Assembly: GCA_012690745.1 (NCBI GenBank)
Contig: GCA_012690745.1_4086.2
Strand: one strand, 5' to 3'
DNA: 64,000 nt
DNA from: a phage
Shown here piece by piece: positions 28,461 through 36,372 of this stretch. Each line of letters begins with the position of its first letter. The first letter of the stretch is position 1. The position numbers were made by a program, and so were the translations under genes. The notes beneath the pieces are model-generated. The model saw only the letters and a list, made by a program, of their open reading frames with translations, was not told the origin of the DNA and did not search any database.

Positions 28461-28733
28461 ATGAACGTTAATCAAGTACTGAATGAGATCGAAAGCATCA
28501 TTAAACCGATGAAGCGTACTGATGCTATGTTAACACCGGAAGAATGCCGCCTTTATGAGCGTTACAGCGTCGAACAAGTCCAGGCAATGGCTATGGCTAC
28601 CCCAGCCGTTTCACCGCCTGAGAATGCGTTACAGGACGTTACAGGGGATTATATCATTAATCCAGTACTAGGGAAGATGACTGCAATCACCGAAGATCAA
28701 AAAGACTACTTAAGCCAGTACTTAAAAGGTTAA
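28461..28733 (+). CDS. hypothetical protein
   Basis: ORF track. Confidence 0.55.
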   Translation: MNVNQVLNEIESIIKPMKRTDAMLTPEECRLYERYSVEQVQAMAMATPAVSPPENALQDVTGDYIINPVLGKMTAITEDQKDYLSQYLKG

Positions 28734-28738
28734 TTAAT

Positions 28739-28948
28739 ATGCTTACTGTACAGGATAAGATCGACATCTTAAAGGTTAATATGTATGTGATTGATGCCGT
28801 ACCTGGTAAAGTATTTGCATACGATGACACCACTGTAAGCAATTTCTACTATAGCCAGGACGTGGGGGATCTTTCTGTACAGTCGGTTATTGAAAATGTA
28901 GTTAATGCAGCGTATGAGCATTTACTTTCAAATAGTACTTGCAATTAG
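28739..28948 (+). CDS. hypothetical protein
   Basis: ORF track. Confidence 0.5.
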   Translation: MLTVQDKIDILKVNMYVIDAVPGKVFAYDDTTVSNFYYSQDVGDLSVQSVIENVVNAAYEHLLSNSTCN

Positions 28949-28966
28949 TTTTTAAACGCGTATAAT
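28939..28966 (+). promoter_or_regulatory. early-type sigma70 promoter
   Basis: TTGCAA-16-TATAAT. Confidence 0.5.
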
Positions 28967-29017
28967 GTTTTACATGAAGGGGAGAAATGATTCTCCCCAC
29001 TAATTAAGGAATATGAA

Positions 29018-29164
29018 ATGAAAGCATCAAAAAAGAGTAATACTAAGAAAGCATGTTCACCTTTCGCTGGGGTATTCCCTTTACGTTTCGTTGATGAAGT
29101 GGTTTCCTACCCGCCGGGCCTTACTCCTGAGATGGTAGAAAGTTTGCGTAAATCTAAAAAATAA
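29018..29164 (+). CDS. small basic protein (48 aa)
   Basis: manual ORF MKASKKSNTKK... Confidence 0.4.
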   Translation: MKASKKSNTKKACSPFAGVFPLRFVDEVVSYPPGLTPEMVESLRKSKK

Positions 29165-29167
29165 TAC

Positions 29168-29195
29168 TTGCAATTAGTTTTTAGTACTGTATAAT
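29168..29195 (+). promoter_or_regulatory. early-type sigma70 promoter
   Basis: TTGCAA-16-TATAAT. Confidence 0.5.
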
Positions 29196-29245
29196 TGTTT
29201 ACATAGAGGGGGAAATGGTTCTCCCCTGATACAAGGAGAATCAAA

Positions 29246-29398
29246 ATGAAACAATATAATGCTCGGTTTGATGTTACTATCGGTAACGGCAAAGGTCAAT
29301 TTTCTTTCAGTACTCGACGCAGTTATACAGAAAACTTCCTGCGTAATTGTGCACTGACCGCCGCTCAAATTAAACATTATTTTCAGGCTAAAAAATGA
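29246..29398 (+). CDS. small protein (50 aa)
   Basis: manual ORF MKQYNARFDV...; SD AAGGAGAA. Confidence 0.45.
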   Translation: MKQYNARFDVTIGNGKGQFSFSTRRSYTENFLRNCALTAAQIKHYFQAKK

Positions 29399-29484
29399 AA
29401 TCATTAGCTTATTACAGTTCGGCCCTGGTCGGTGCATTGATCGCGGCGTTGTTAGTAACCTATCTATTCTTTATGGTGATTTAA
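29395..29484 (+). CDS. small hydrophobic peptide (29 aa)
   Basis: manual ORF MKSLAYYSSALVGALIAALLVTYLFFMVI; ATGA overlap. Confidence 0.35.
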   Translation: MKSLAYYSSALVGALIAALLVTYLFFMVI

Positions 29485-29622
29485 ATGAATCCTAACGGTA
29501 TAATTTACAGTACTCCTAAAACGAAAGCAGATAAAGCGAAAGCACGTAAAGCGAAAGTAAAGGAGTACATCAAGCAAGGCATGACGCGAAAGGCGGCGAT
29601 TCTGAAAGCTAAAAATAAATGA
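29485..29622 (+). CDS. small lysine-rich protein (45 aa)
   Basis: manual ORF MNPNGIIYSTPKTKADKAKARKAK... Confidence 0.35.
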   Translation: MNPNGIIYSTPKTKADKAKARKAKVKEYIKQGMTRKAAILKAKNK

Positions 29623-29630
29623 AAAAGTGG

Positions 29631-29660
29631 TTGACTTCGGTCAGCCATTTTGCTATTATA
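29631..29660 (+). promoter_or_regulatory. repeated hairpin-promoter module, copy 1
   Basis: TGGTTGAC-TTCG-GTCAGCCA hairpin overlapping TTGACT-18-TATTAT. Confidence 0.45.
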
Positions 29661-29763
29661 TATTCATTGAGAGATAGCTCACTAGCCCACAGGGTGCAGG
29701 AGTGTATCTATTGTATAATGATTGAGTACAGAAAACTATTTTAAAGTATTTGATAAAAAGTAC

Positions 29764-29791
29764 TTGCATACTATCTCAATAGGCGTATAAT
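29764..29791 (+). promoter_or_regulatory. early-type sigma70 promoter
   Basis: TTGCAT-16-TATAAT. Confidence 0.5.
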
Positions 29792-29842
29792 GTTTTACAT
29801 CGCAAGGGGAAACGGTTTCCCCTGGTAATAAGGAAACGAATC

Positions 29843-30184
29843 ATGACTATTGCAATTGCTCAATCTAACTTTGAAAACGAAATCATCGCTCAGGCACTGC
29901 GTTTAAATGATGGTCGGGCCGAAATCAATTACGGTTTCAATAGTGGTGGATGTGAAAAATATCAGTACTTTGTAACGGCTGATGGCTGTGTCCTGGGTAT
30001 CAATACAGTTATTGTAAACATTCAGAAAATTAATTTCAATGATCCAGACGATAGCCAGTTTTACATCACGGGCGTAGACGTGAACTATGAGGATGACTCA
30101 CTAACTGATGATCACACTGGCGAGAAGTTAGAAAGTGCATACGGTGAAGATGATTATCAGTCCGGTCCAGAAGATTTCGAATAA
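29843..30184 (+). CDS. hypothetical acidic protein
   Basis: ORF track. Confidence 0.6.
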   Translation: MTIAIAQSNFENEIIAQALRLNDGRAEINYGFNSGGCEKYQYFVTADGCVLGINTVIVNIQKINFNDPDDSQFYITGVDVNYEDDSLTDDHTGEKLESAYGEDDYQSGPEDFE

Positions 30185-30198
30185 TATTAAAAAATAGT

Positions 30199-30226
30199 TT
30201 GACAATAGTTTTTAGTACTGTATAAT
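30199..30226 (+). promoter_or_regulatory. early-type sigma70 promoter
   Basis: TTGACA-16-TATAAT. Confidence 0.55.
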
Positions 30227-30279
30227 AGTTTACATCAAGGGGAGAATAGTTCTCCCCACTAACAGAGAGAGAAAACAAA

Positions 30280-30492
30280 ATGGCTAATATCCGCACTGTA
30301 CTGAAAAATGCAAAACAAGTTTTATTTTCTGATCATGAAAATTTCAACAAGGATATCACTGGCGTTCGGAATATCAAAGATGTAAAAAATGTTATGGGTA
30401 TCTATTGCAATATGAAACGTGTTGGCACGTTCGGCGATAAAGTACTATACCAGGCAGGGGATTACAATTTTACACTGACTATCATTAACTAA
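30280..30492 (+). CDS. hypothetical protein
   Basis: ORF track. Confidence 0.6.
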   Translation: MANIRTVLKNAKQVLFSDHENFNKDITGVRNIKDVKNVMGIYCNMKRVGTFGDKVLYQAGDYNFTLTIIN

Positions 30493-30511
30493 AAATATTA
30501 TCACAGTACTA

Positions 30512-30540
30512 TTGACAACGTTTGATAGTACTGGCATAAT
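30512..30540 (+). promoter_or_regulatory. sigma70-type promoter
   Basis: TTGACA-17-CATAAT. Confidence 0.5.
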
Positions 30541-30583
30541 AACTTTTATCAAGACAACGCATATTAATTTAAGGAATACTAAA

Positions 30584-30763
30584 ATGGCTATTATCGCAAA
30601 AACTGAAATCATCGGCCTGGATTCTATCATCATGACGTTTGAAGATCAAAAAGGGATGTATGTAGTTTCCTATGGTGATTATGTTCGGGAGTATGAAACA
30701 GTAGACGAAGCCTTTGAAAGTTACATTCGCCAGGTTAATAAAGCATACGACGATTACCGCTAA
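30584..30763 (+). CDS. hypothetical protein (59 aa)
   Basis: trimmed to MAIIAKTEI; SD AAGGAA. Confidence 0.5.
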   Translation: MAIIAKTEIIGLDSIIMTFEDQKGMYVVSYGDYVREYETVDEAFESYIRQVNKAYDDYR

Positions 30764-30790
30764 AATATATTACCAGTACTATTAAATCTA

Positions 30791-30818
30791 TTGACAATGT
30801 TTGATAGTACTGTATAAT
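30791..30818 (+). promoter_or_regulatory. early-type sigma70 promoter
   Basis: TTGACA-16-TATAAT. Confidence 0.55.
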
Positions 30819-30862
30819 AACTTTTATCAACAGTAGTTAACTTAACCTAAGAGAGAAAAATC

Positions 30863-31006
30863 ATGACAGCATTAGATTCATTCATCGACGCAGTACTGGC
30901 AAAAACTGGCGAGGATCTGACCGCAGAACAATACGCGATGATCGAGCAATGCCAGCAAAACGGTAAATCGGTGAAAGATACTGTTAAGATTATCCGCAAG
31001 ATGTAA
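30863..31006 (+). CDS. small protein (47 aa)
   Basis: manual ORF MTALDSFIDAVLAK...; SD AGAGAGAA. Confidence 0.4.
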   Translation: MTALDSFIDAVLAKTGEDLTAEQYAMIEQCQQNGKSVKDTVKIIRKM

Positions 31007-31012
31007 GATTAT

Positions 31013-31040
31013 AGCCCACTGGTTAACGCTGGTGGGCTTT
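31013..31040 (+). terminator. terminator-like hairpin containing a Chi octamer
   Basis: AGCCCACTGG-N6-CTGGTGGGCT then TTT. Confidence 0.4.
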
Positions 31041-31111
31041 AATCATTTACCCTATACAATGCCAGTACTAAACCGTTTAACTCGTTAGAATGCGTTACAG
31101 GACGTTTAACA

Positions 31112-31309
31112 ATGATTAGCATGAAATCAGTACAAAAACAAATAGAAACATTATCAAAAATTAAACGTAAACAGTACTCCTTAGAATATACAATCAATGG
31201 TAACTATCATCTAATGAAAGAAAATAATTTTATAGTCATTGATGAATCATTGCAGATCATTAGTATAGTACTGAAAGCATTAATCAATGACAGAAAAAAG
31301 TTAAAATAA
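31112..31309 (+). CDS. hypothetical protein
   Basis: ORF track. Confidence 0.5.
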   Translation: MISMKSVQKQIETLSKIKRKQYSLEYTINGNYHLMKENNFIVIDESLQIISIVLKALINDRKKLK

Positions 31310-31314
31310 TCTAT

Positions 31315-31343
31315 TGACAAATTATGCCAGTACTGGCATAATA
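31315..31343 (+). promoter_or_regulatory. sigma70-type promoter
   Basis: TTGACA-17-CATAAT. Confidence 0.5.
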
Positions 31344-31638
31344 CTTACATCAAGACGAGAACGTCACTAACCCATAGGGTGCACAAATGTAACTATATAA
31401 TATCGATCAATAAATGATCAAAAAAGTACTGGATCAATTTAGCATAAGGCGTATAATTCTGATCAAATCTTGATCAAAGGCAATAAACGTAGTTGAAATT
31501 ATATAGAAAGTACAAAGGCGTTACCATTCGTGGTAATGCTGGGGAATATGTAGTATCATACGGTTTGAATAAAATCAGTACTAGTAGTATTATTGTAGCA
31601 TTACAGTACTATAGTATTTTTATAATGAGGTTAAAATA

Positions 31639-31896
31639 ATGGCTGTTGGATTCGCGAAGGACGGGGCCGAGCAAGACGAGATTAACGCAGTGATTCAGGC
31701 CGCTGTAAACCACGCTAGAACGCAAATTAACGCACAAATAGAATCACTGATACATTGCCTCGACTGCGGCGATAAAATCCCTGAGAATCGCCGCCTGGCC
31801 GTTAAGGGGTGTAAGTACTGCATCACTTGCCAGGCTGATCATGATAGCATATTCAAACGCAATCCCCGTAATTGTTGGCATAGATCTATGAGATAA
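31639..31896 (+). CDS. TraR/DksA-family C4 zinc-finger protein (putative)
   Basis: C-x2-C-x17-C-x2-C (HCLDCGDKIPENRRLAVKGCKYCITC); SD TGAGG. Confidence 0.55.
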   Translation: MAVGFAKDGAEQDEINAVIQAAVNHARTQINAQIESLIHCLDCGDKIPENRRLAVKGCKYCITCQADHDSIFKRNPRNCWHRSMR

Positions 31897-31902
31897 AAAG
31901 TA

Positions 31903-31930
31903 TTGACAGTGCTGTTAGTTAGTGTATAAT
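31903..31930 (+). promoter_or_regulatory. early-type sigma70 promoter
   Basis: TTGACA-16-TATAAT. Confidence 0.55.
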
Positions 31931-31959
31931 ATTTTATATCTTAACTGAGGATTGAAATC

Positions 31960-32316
31960 ATGGGTATACAACATATCACGCGTACTACAGACAATGGTGA
32001 GATCACTGGCTATCAAGTACAAGGCAAAGTAGCACAATTGCAGTACTGGTTTGTTAAACGTGGCATTGTTGCACCGGATCTTGATTATGATCGTGTAGCG
32101 TTTATTGATTCTCTTTATGTTGATCCCGATAATCGCGGTAACGGTGAAGGTACTGAATTAATGAATGCCTTTATTGATGCCGCCGATGATTCAGATTGTA
32201 TCATCTTAGAATGCGATACGGGAGAAGATAACGAGTTTAATCTTAAAGAATGGTATGAAAGTTTTGGTTTTGAAGTACTGATTAACTGTGAATATCCTAT
32301 AATGATTTTATCCTAG
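31960..32316 (+). CDS. possible GNAT-like acetyltransferase-fold protein
   Basis: IDSLYVDPDNRGNGEGTELM resembles GNAT motif A (R-x-x-G-x-G); weak. Confidence 0.5.
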   Translation: MGIQHITRTTDNGEITGYQVQGKVAQLQYWFVKRGIVAPDLDYDRVAFIDSLYVDPDNRGNGEGTELMNAFIDAADDSDCIILECDTGEDNEFNLKEWYESFGFEVLINCEYPIMILS

Positions 32317-32319
32317 TAC

Positions 32320-32347
32320 TTGCATTTAGTTTTAAGTACTGTATAAT
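32320..32347 (+). promoter_or_regulatory. early-type sigma70 promoter
   Basis: TTGCAT-16-TATAAT. Confidence 0.5.
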
Positions 32348-32395
32348 AGTTTACATGAAGGGGAGAATAGTTCTCCCCACTACAAGGAAAGACAA

Positions 32396-32584
32396 ATGCA
32401 AAACTTATCAAGTATTTTAGTACAAGATGATTTTGGTAATCCTGGAAGTGCTATCATCGTTCGGGGCAATAAGGCAACGTTTGTTATTGCTGGTGGACCT
32501 GTACAGCGTAGCATTAAAAACAATGCAGTTACAATCAATAATGTTCGCTATCGCTTAGATAAAGAATTGATTCATAAACTGTAA
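32396..32584 (+). CDS. hypothetical protein
   Basis: ORF track. Confidence 0.55.
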   Translation: MQNLSSILVQDDFGNPGSAIIVRGNKATFVIAGGPVQRSIKNNAVTINNVRYRLDKELIHKL

Positions 32585-32611
32585 TATTAATTTAATAGAG
32601 GATAAAAATAA

Positions 32612-32935
32612 ATGTATATTCATACTACTATCACAAAAGAAGTTCGTTGTCAATTCGAAAGTATCCCTGGTGTATGTTTCATTACAGGCACTTTCTCACC
32701 TGGTGACCGTGATAATCCAGTACTGTTACAGTTACGCCATCCATTATGGGATAAAGCATTTGATCTGCCGTTGAATGAATTCGCAACCACTGCTGATAAG
32801 TACATTAAAAATATTCGCGAGAATGATTGCCTATTCATTAATGCTTTTAGTGATGCCGCGTTAAGTGAGATCCATGCTGTATTGGTTGCAATCATGGAAT
32901 CAATGGAGAAAACTAAATTCAAACAAGGTGAATAA
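32612..32935 (+). CDS. hypothetical protein
   Basis: ORF track; SD AGAGGA. Confidence 0.6.
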   Translation: MYIHTTITKEVRCQFESIPGVCFITGTFSPGDRDNPVLLQLRHPLWDKAFDLPLNEFATTADKYIKNIRENDCLFINAFSDAALSEIHAVLVAIMESMEKTKFKQGE

Positions 32936-32941
32936 AAACTA

Positions 32942-32969
32942 TTGACAATGTAATCTAGTACTGTATAAT
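32942..32969 (+). promoter_or_regulatory. early-type sigma70 promoter
   Basis: TTGACA-16-TATAAT. Confidence 0.55.
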
Positions 32970-33018
32970 AGTTTACATGAAGGGGAGAAATGATTCTCCC
33001 CACTAAGAGGAAAGAAAC

Positions 33019-33231
33019 ATGCAAGGTCAACTAATCGTTCGTAAATGGTCTGATACTAACGAAAAACCGTGGGATGTTCAATATATCGGACCGGACGGTG
33101 TTTCACGTTATCAACCTGGCGTAACGCATAGTACTGAGCAATATGCCGCCGCTCACCGTGAACGCCTGTTAGAATCTATGAAACAGGGATTCTGTGAAAA
33201 ATTCATTCAAGATCATTGGCTGAAAGATTAA
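33019..33231 (+). CDS. hypothetical protein
   Basis: ORF track. Confidence 0.6.
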   Translation: MQGQLIVRKWSDTNEKPWDVQYIGPDGVSRYQPGVTHSTEQYAAAHRERLLESMKQGFCEKFIQDHWLKD

Positions 33232-33248
33232 TAGAAGGAGTACAGCTT

Positions 33249-33341
33249 ATGCAAATGAATCCGATGATTGTTGTGTTAGCTGTACTTATGATCATTCATG
33301 CCATCGTAGAAGTACTAACACAATCAGGAGTAATACAATGA
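33249..33341 (+). CDS. small hydrophobic peptide (30 aa)
   Basis: manual ORF MQMNPMIVVLAVLMIIHAIVEVL...; strong SD AAGGAG. Confidence 0.4.
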   Translation: MQMNPMIVVLAVLMIIHAIVEVLTQSGVIQ

Positions 33342-33508
33342 TCCAAGTAGAATTATCAGTACTGAAAGATCTGTTTTATCGGTTAGGCACTACTGGCGAA
33401 TACCCTAAAGGGGATACTGCTAAACTATACATTGCATTGGATGTATGGCAACGTAATGAACTGGCTAACGCCTGGCGTAAAGGTAAATCAGAGGGGATTG
33501 CAGCATGA
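33338..33508 (+). CDS. small protein (56 aa)
   Basis: manual ORF MIQVELSVLKDLFYRLG; ATGA overlap. Confidence 0.4.
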   Translation: MIQVELSVLKDLFYRLGTTGEYPKGDTAKLYIALDVWQRNELANAWRKGKSEGIAA

Positions 33509-33654
33509 AAGAATTCTTATTCGAAGTAGTGTTCCAGGGCGTAGGAAGTAACCAACTGATTCGATCAAGTGGTTACAATGTTAACCAGGCATGGAATAAC
33601 ATTAAACAAATGTACCCGAACGCTATCACATATCGCAACCCAAAACAAGTTTAA
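33505..33654 (+). CDS. small protein (49 aa)
   Basis: manual ORF MKEFLFEVVFQGVGSNQ; ATGA overlap. Confidence 0.4.
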   Translation: MKEFLFEVVFQGVGSNQLIRSSGYNVNQAWNNIKQMYPNAITYRNPKQV

Positions 33655-33672
33655 AAAGATTTAAAAAAGGGA

Positions 33673-33701
33673 TTGACTCCGGTCAGTCCCTTTGCTATTA
33701 T
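33673..33701 (+). promoter_or_regulatory. repeated hairpin-promoter module, copy 2
   Basis: GGGATTGAC-TCCG-GTCAGTCCC hairpin overlapping TTGACT-17-TATTAT. Confidence 0.45.
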
Positions 33702-33801
33702 ATATGCATAGAAACAATCTAACCCACAGGGTGCATAAATGTATCTATTATATGCTGGTGGCTAGTACTATCAAGTACTGAAAACTATTTTTAAAAAGTA
33801 C

Positions 33802-33829
33802 TTGCATTGTACTTAGAATCAAGTATAAT
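33802..33829 (+). promoter_or_regulatory. early-type sigma70 promoter
   Basis: TTGCAT-16-TATAAT. Confidence 0.5.
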
Positions 33830-33917
33830 GTTTTACATCAGGACGGGGAACGAAATAAGTAACCCCGTTAAGTAGTCCAGGAGTAAGACATACGAAAACC
33901 TCCCCTGATAAAATAGT

Positions 33918-33945
33918 TTGACAATAGAAATTAAACGAGTATAAT
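33918..33945 (+). promoter_or_regulatory. early-type sigma70 promoter
   Basis: TTGACA-16-TATAAT. Confidence 0.55.
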
Positions 33946-33975
33946 ACTTACATCAACCACAAAGAGGAATACAAA

Positions 33976-34176
33976 ATGAAACATTTTACTTTCGGTGTAG
34001 TAGGCTTTACAGTATCCAGCGGCGTTTATAAATCAGAACGCGGTGCTAAAAATGCAGCAAGTCGGGCGTATGGTTCACAGCGTGACTTACAGGTCGGTTA
34101 TATTAGTAACATTAATAACATGTTTATTCCTGTTTCACAGCGTAAAGCGGGTAACATGAAATGGGAAACAATTTGA
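33976..34176 (+). CDS. hypothetical protein
   Basis: ORF track; SD AGAGGAA. Confidence 0.6.
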   Translation: MKHFTFGVVGFTVSSGVYKSERGAKNAASRAYGSQRDLQVGYISNINNMFIPVSQRKAGNMKWETI

Positions 34177-34185
34177 TAAAATAGT

Positions 34186-34213
34186 TTGACAATAGTTTTT
34201 AGTACTGTATAAT
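34186..34213 (+). promoter_or_regulatory. early-type sigma70 promoter
   Basis: TTGACA-16-TATAAT. Confidence 0.55.
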
Positions 34214-34265
34214 ATTTTACATCAAGTGGGGAATAGTTCCCCACCTAACAAAGAGAGAAATTAAA

Positions 34266-34541
34266 ATGCGGATTCTACTGACAGCTAACGAAATCGAGCA
34301 AGTACTGACTACTAACCTGGAAGACTGGAAACGTGATGCAGATATCCAGGCGGTGCAATGGCTCAATGATAAGTTAACGCCGGATGATTTAAGTAAGATT
34401 GTAGATCCACAATTCTATGAAGATATTCACGACACGGCTTTAAGCGTCGAGGATGTACTTGATAAGCACTACATTGATACTGATTTACATGTTTACGGTC
34501 GTAAAAACTTTATCACTATTCACGACATTTACAATACTTAA
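34266..34541 (+). CDS. hypothetical protein
   Basis: ORF track. Confidence 0.6.
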   Translation: MRILLTANEIEQVLTTNLEDWKRDADIQAVQWLNDKLTPDDLSKIVDPQFYEDIHDTALSVEDVLDKHYIDTDLHVYGRKNFITIHDIYNT

Positions 34542-34544
34542 GTA

Positions 34545-34572
34545 TTGACAAAGTATCTTAGTACTGTATAAT
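34545..34572 (+). promoter_or_regulatory. early-type sigma70 promoter
   Basis: TTGACA-16-TATAAT. Confidence 0.55.
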
Positions 34573-34628
34573 AGTTTACATCAAGTGAGGGGAATGGTTC
34601 CCTTCCTAACAAAAAGAGAGAAATTAAA

Positions 34629-34952
34629 ATGACTATGATCCTTGCCCAGAAAGTAGAAATGAAAATTGTAACTTCCTTTGACATTAAAGTTAATCGGTGG
34701 ACTGATAGCCACGGCAATACTTACCACTCATGCTACGTGTCTGCATTGATTGGTGACCGCTGGGAAGACCTGGGACATGAAACCTTTACTTACGGTTACG
34801 GTACACAAGGCGAATACACGGGCTTGGAGATCATTAAAGAAACTGTAATAGGTTTCAACCCGAAAGAGAAAGTACTACACAGAATTGAGGATGAGATCAA
34901 CAAAGAAATTACAGTTCGTTACTACGATGTAAAACGTAAAAAAGACATGTAA
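34629..34952 (+). CDS. hypothetical protein; paralogue of 27715..28059
   Basis: ORF track. Confidence 0.6.
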   Translation: MTMILAQKVEMKIVTSFDIKVNRWTDSHGNTYHSCYVSALIGDRWEDLGHETFTYGYGTQGEYTGLEIIKETVIGFNPKEKVLHRIEDEINKEITVRYYDVKRKKDM

Positions 34953-34974
34953 TAGAATCCATTTAAAGTACTAT

Positions 34975-35003
34975 TTGACATTGCCCAGATAGTACTTTAT
35001 AAT
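34975..35003 (+). promoter_or_regulatory. sigma70-type promoter
   Basis: TTGACA-17-TATAAT. Confidence 0.55.
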
Positions 35004-35051
35004 AGACTCTAACTTGTAGTACTAATTAACTTAACTAATAGGATGTACACC

Positions 35052-35447
35052 ATGATTACTAAATTCTTCGCTACCCGTGAACAAGCTCGCATCGTTGCTC
35101 GTGAAGAAGGTGAAACATTTAAAGACATGGGCAAAGATGCACCGAAAGGACAACGCTGGGCGGTACAGTTCAAAGAGATCTCTGATATTGTGAATTCACC
35201 TGAGCCTGTACTTACTGAAGCAGAACTAAAGCAAGCTCAAGAACTGGCTGAAGTACTGAACGCTCAAGATGACTTTTTGAAAGGTTCTGATATTGAAGTT
35301 ACAGTTAACGCAAATGCATGGACTCACGCGGATCACCTGGCAAACCTTAAGCGTCCAAGTGAACTGATTCGTAACCAGAAAGAGATCCGTCATGACCGTA
35401 AAGGAAACCGTGTAACAGTATACAGTAAACGCCGCCAGGTTATCTAA
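35052..35447 (+). CDS. hypothetical protein; paralogue of 22571..22837
   Basis: trimmed to MITKFFATREQARIVAR. Confidence 0.6.
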   Translation: MITKFFATREQARIVAREEGETFKDMGKDAPKGQRWAVQFKEISDIVNSPEPVLTEAELKQAQELAEVLNAQDDFLKGSDIEVTVNANAWTHADHLANLKRPSELIRNQKEIRHDRKGNRVTVYSKRRQVI

Positions 35448-35469
35448 TAACTTTGCAGTACTAACAACA

Positions 35470-35496
35470 CGGCGGGTTCAGTTCCCGCCTTTTTTT
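35470..35496 (+). terminator. intrinsic terminator
   Basis: GGCGGG-TTCAGTT-CCCGCC then TTTTTTT. Confidence 0.6.
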
Positions 35497-35511
35497 ATAG
35501 GATAAACTAAA

Positions 35512-35766
35512 ATGATGAAGGTACAACTATCTAAAGATAATATCTTGCGGGTACACTATAAAGCACCACAGAGAATCATCACAAAGGCCGTACAGCTTGC
35601 TAATGAGTTTATTAATGGTAGTCTATTACCCAGGAAGTTAAGCAACGGGAAACTACGTGTTATCGATGTAGACACTAACAATAGAATAGTAATTGAGAGT
35701 ACTGGAAAAATTAATCTATATGAACACCAACAATACAATAAAAAAATAAAACTAATATCACGTTGA
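35512..35766 (+). CDS. hypothetical protein
   Basis: ORF track. Confidence 0.55.
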   Translation: MMKVQLSKDNILRVHYKAPQRIITKAVQLANEFINGSLLPRKLSNGKLRVIDVDTNNRIVIESTGKINLYEHQQYNKKIKLISR

Positions 35767-35791
35767 CAGTACTCAATTGTTTTAGTATTAT
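35764..35791 (+). promoter_or_regulatory. sigma70-type promoter
   Basis: TTGACA-16-TATTAT. Confidence 0.5.
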
Positions 35792-35822
35792 GTATCTATA
35801 CCAACACAGAGAGAGAAACAAA

Positions 35823-36041
35823 ATGAAATTATCTAAAATCGAAAAGAAAACTATTGATGAAGCAGTGAAGCACGGTTATACCTTTCGTAATGATTCACAC
35901 TTCACCAGTTTTCAACAGGGAAACCGTACCATCAAAAAACTCATTGATAAAGGTTTACTCACTAAGGTTGATAACGGGAACGGTGTAGAATATCAACCGA
36001 CAGAAGACGCATTATCACTAAAGAAATATTCTATTATCTAA
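35823..36041 (+). CDS. hypothetical protein
   Basis: trimmed to MKLSKIEKK; SD AGAGAGA. Confidence 0.55.
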   Translation: MKLSKIEKKTIDEAVKHGYTFRNDSHFTSFQQGNRTIKKLIDKGLLTKVDNGNGVEYQPTEDALSLKKYSII

Positions 36042-36042
36042 T

Positions 36043-36070
36043 TGACAGTACTCAAATGTTTTAGTACTAT
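36043..36070 (+). promoter_or_regulatory. sigma70-type promoter
   Basis: TTGACA-16-TACTAT; near-duplicate of the 35764 promoter. Confidence 0.5.
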
Positions 36071-36098
36071 GTACGCATACCAACACGGGGAAAACAAA

Positions 36099-36341
36099 AT
36101 GATTACTTTAGAAAAACGTATCAAAGAGACTACAACGCTGGTGGAACTGTTAACCGTTCTTAAATGCCGGGTAACTCCATTCAGTACACCGGACTTTATC
36201 AACATGGTGGACGTTAACGGTCGATATCGTATTGCGGTCGAACAAGGTACGGCAAAAGTATTCAGTACTAAAAATACGCGTGAAGTATTCCACGCAGTTC
36301 AAGTAAAAAAAGTAGTTGCCATTGATAGTAAAGTACTGTAA
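36099..36341 (+). CDS. hypothetical protein
   Basis: trimmed to MITLEKRIKE. Confidence 0.55.
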   Translation: MITLEKRIKETTTLVELLTVLKCRVTPFSTPDFINMVDVNGRYRIAVEQGTAKVFSTKNTREVFHAVQVKKVVAIDSKVL

Positions 36342-36372
36342 TATAGTTTCATTAACTCAAGGAGTCAACACA

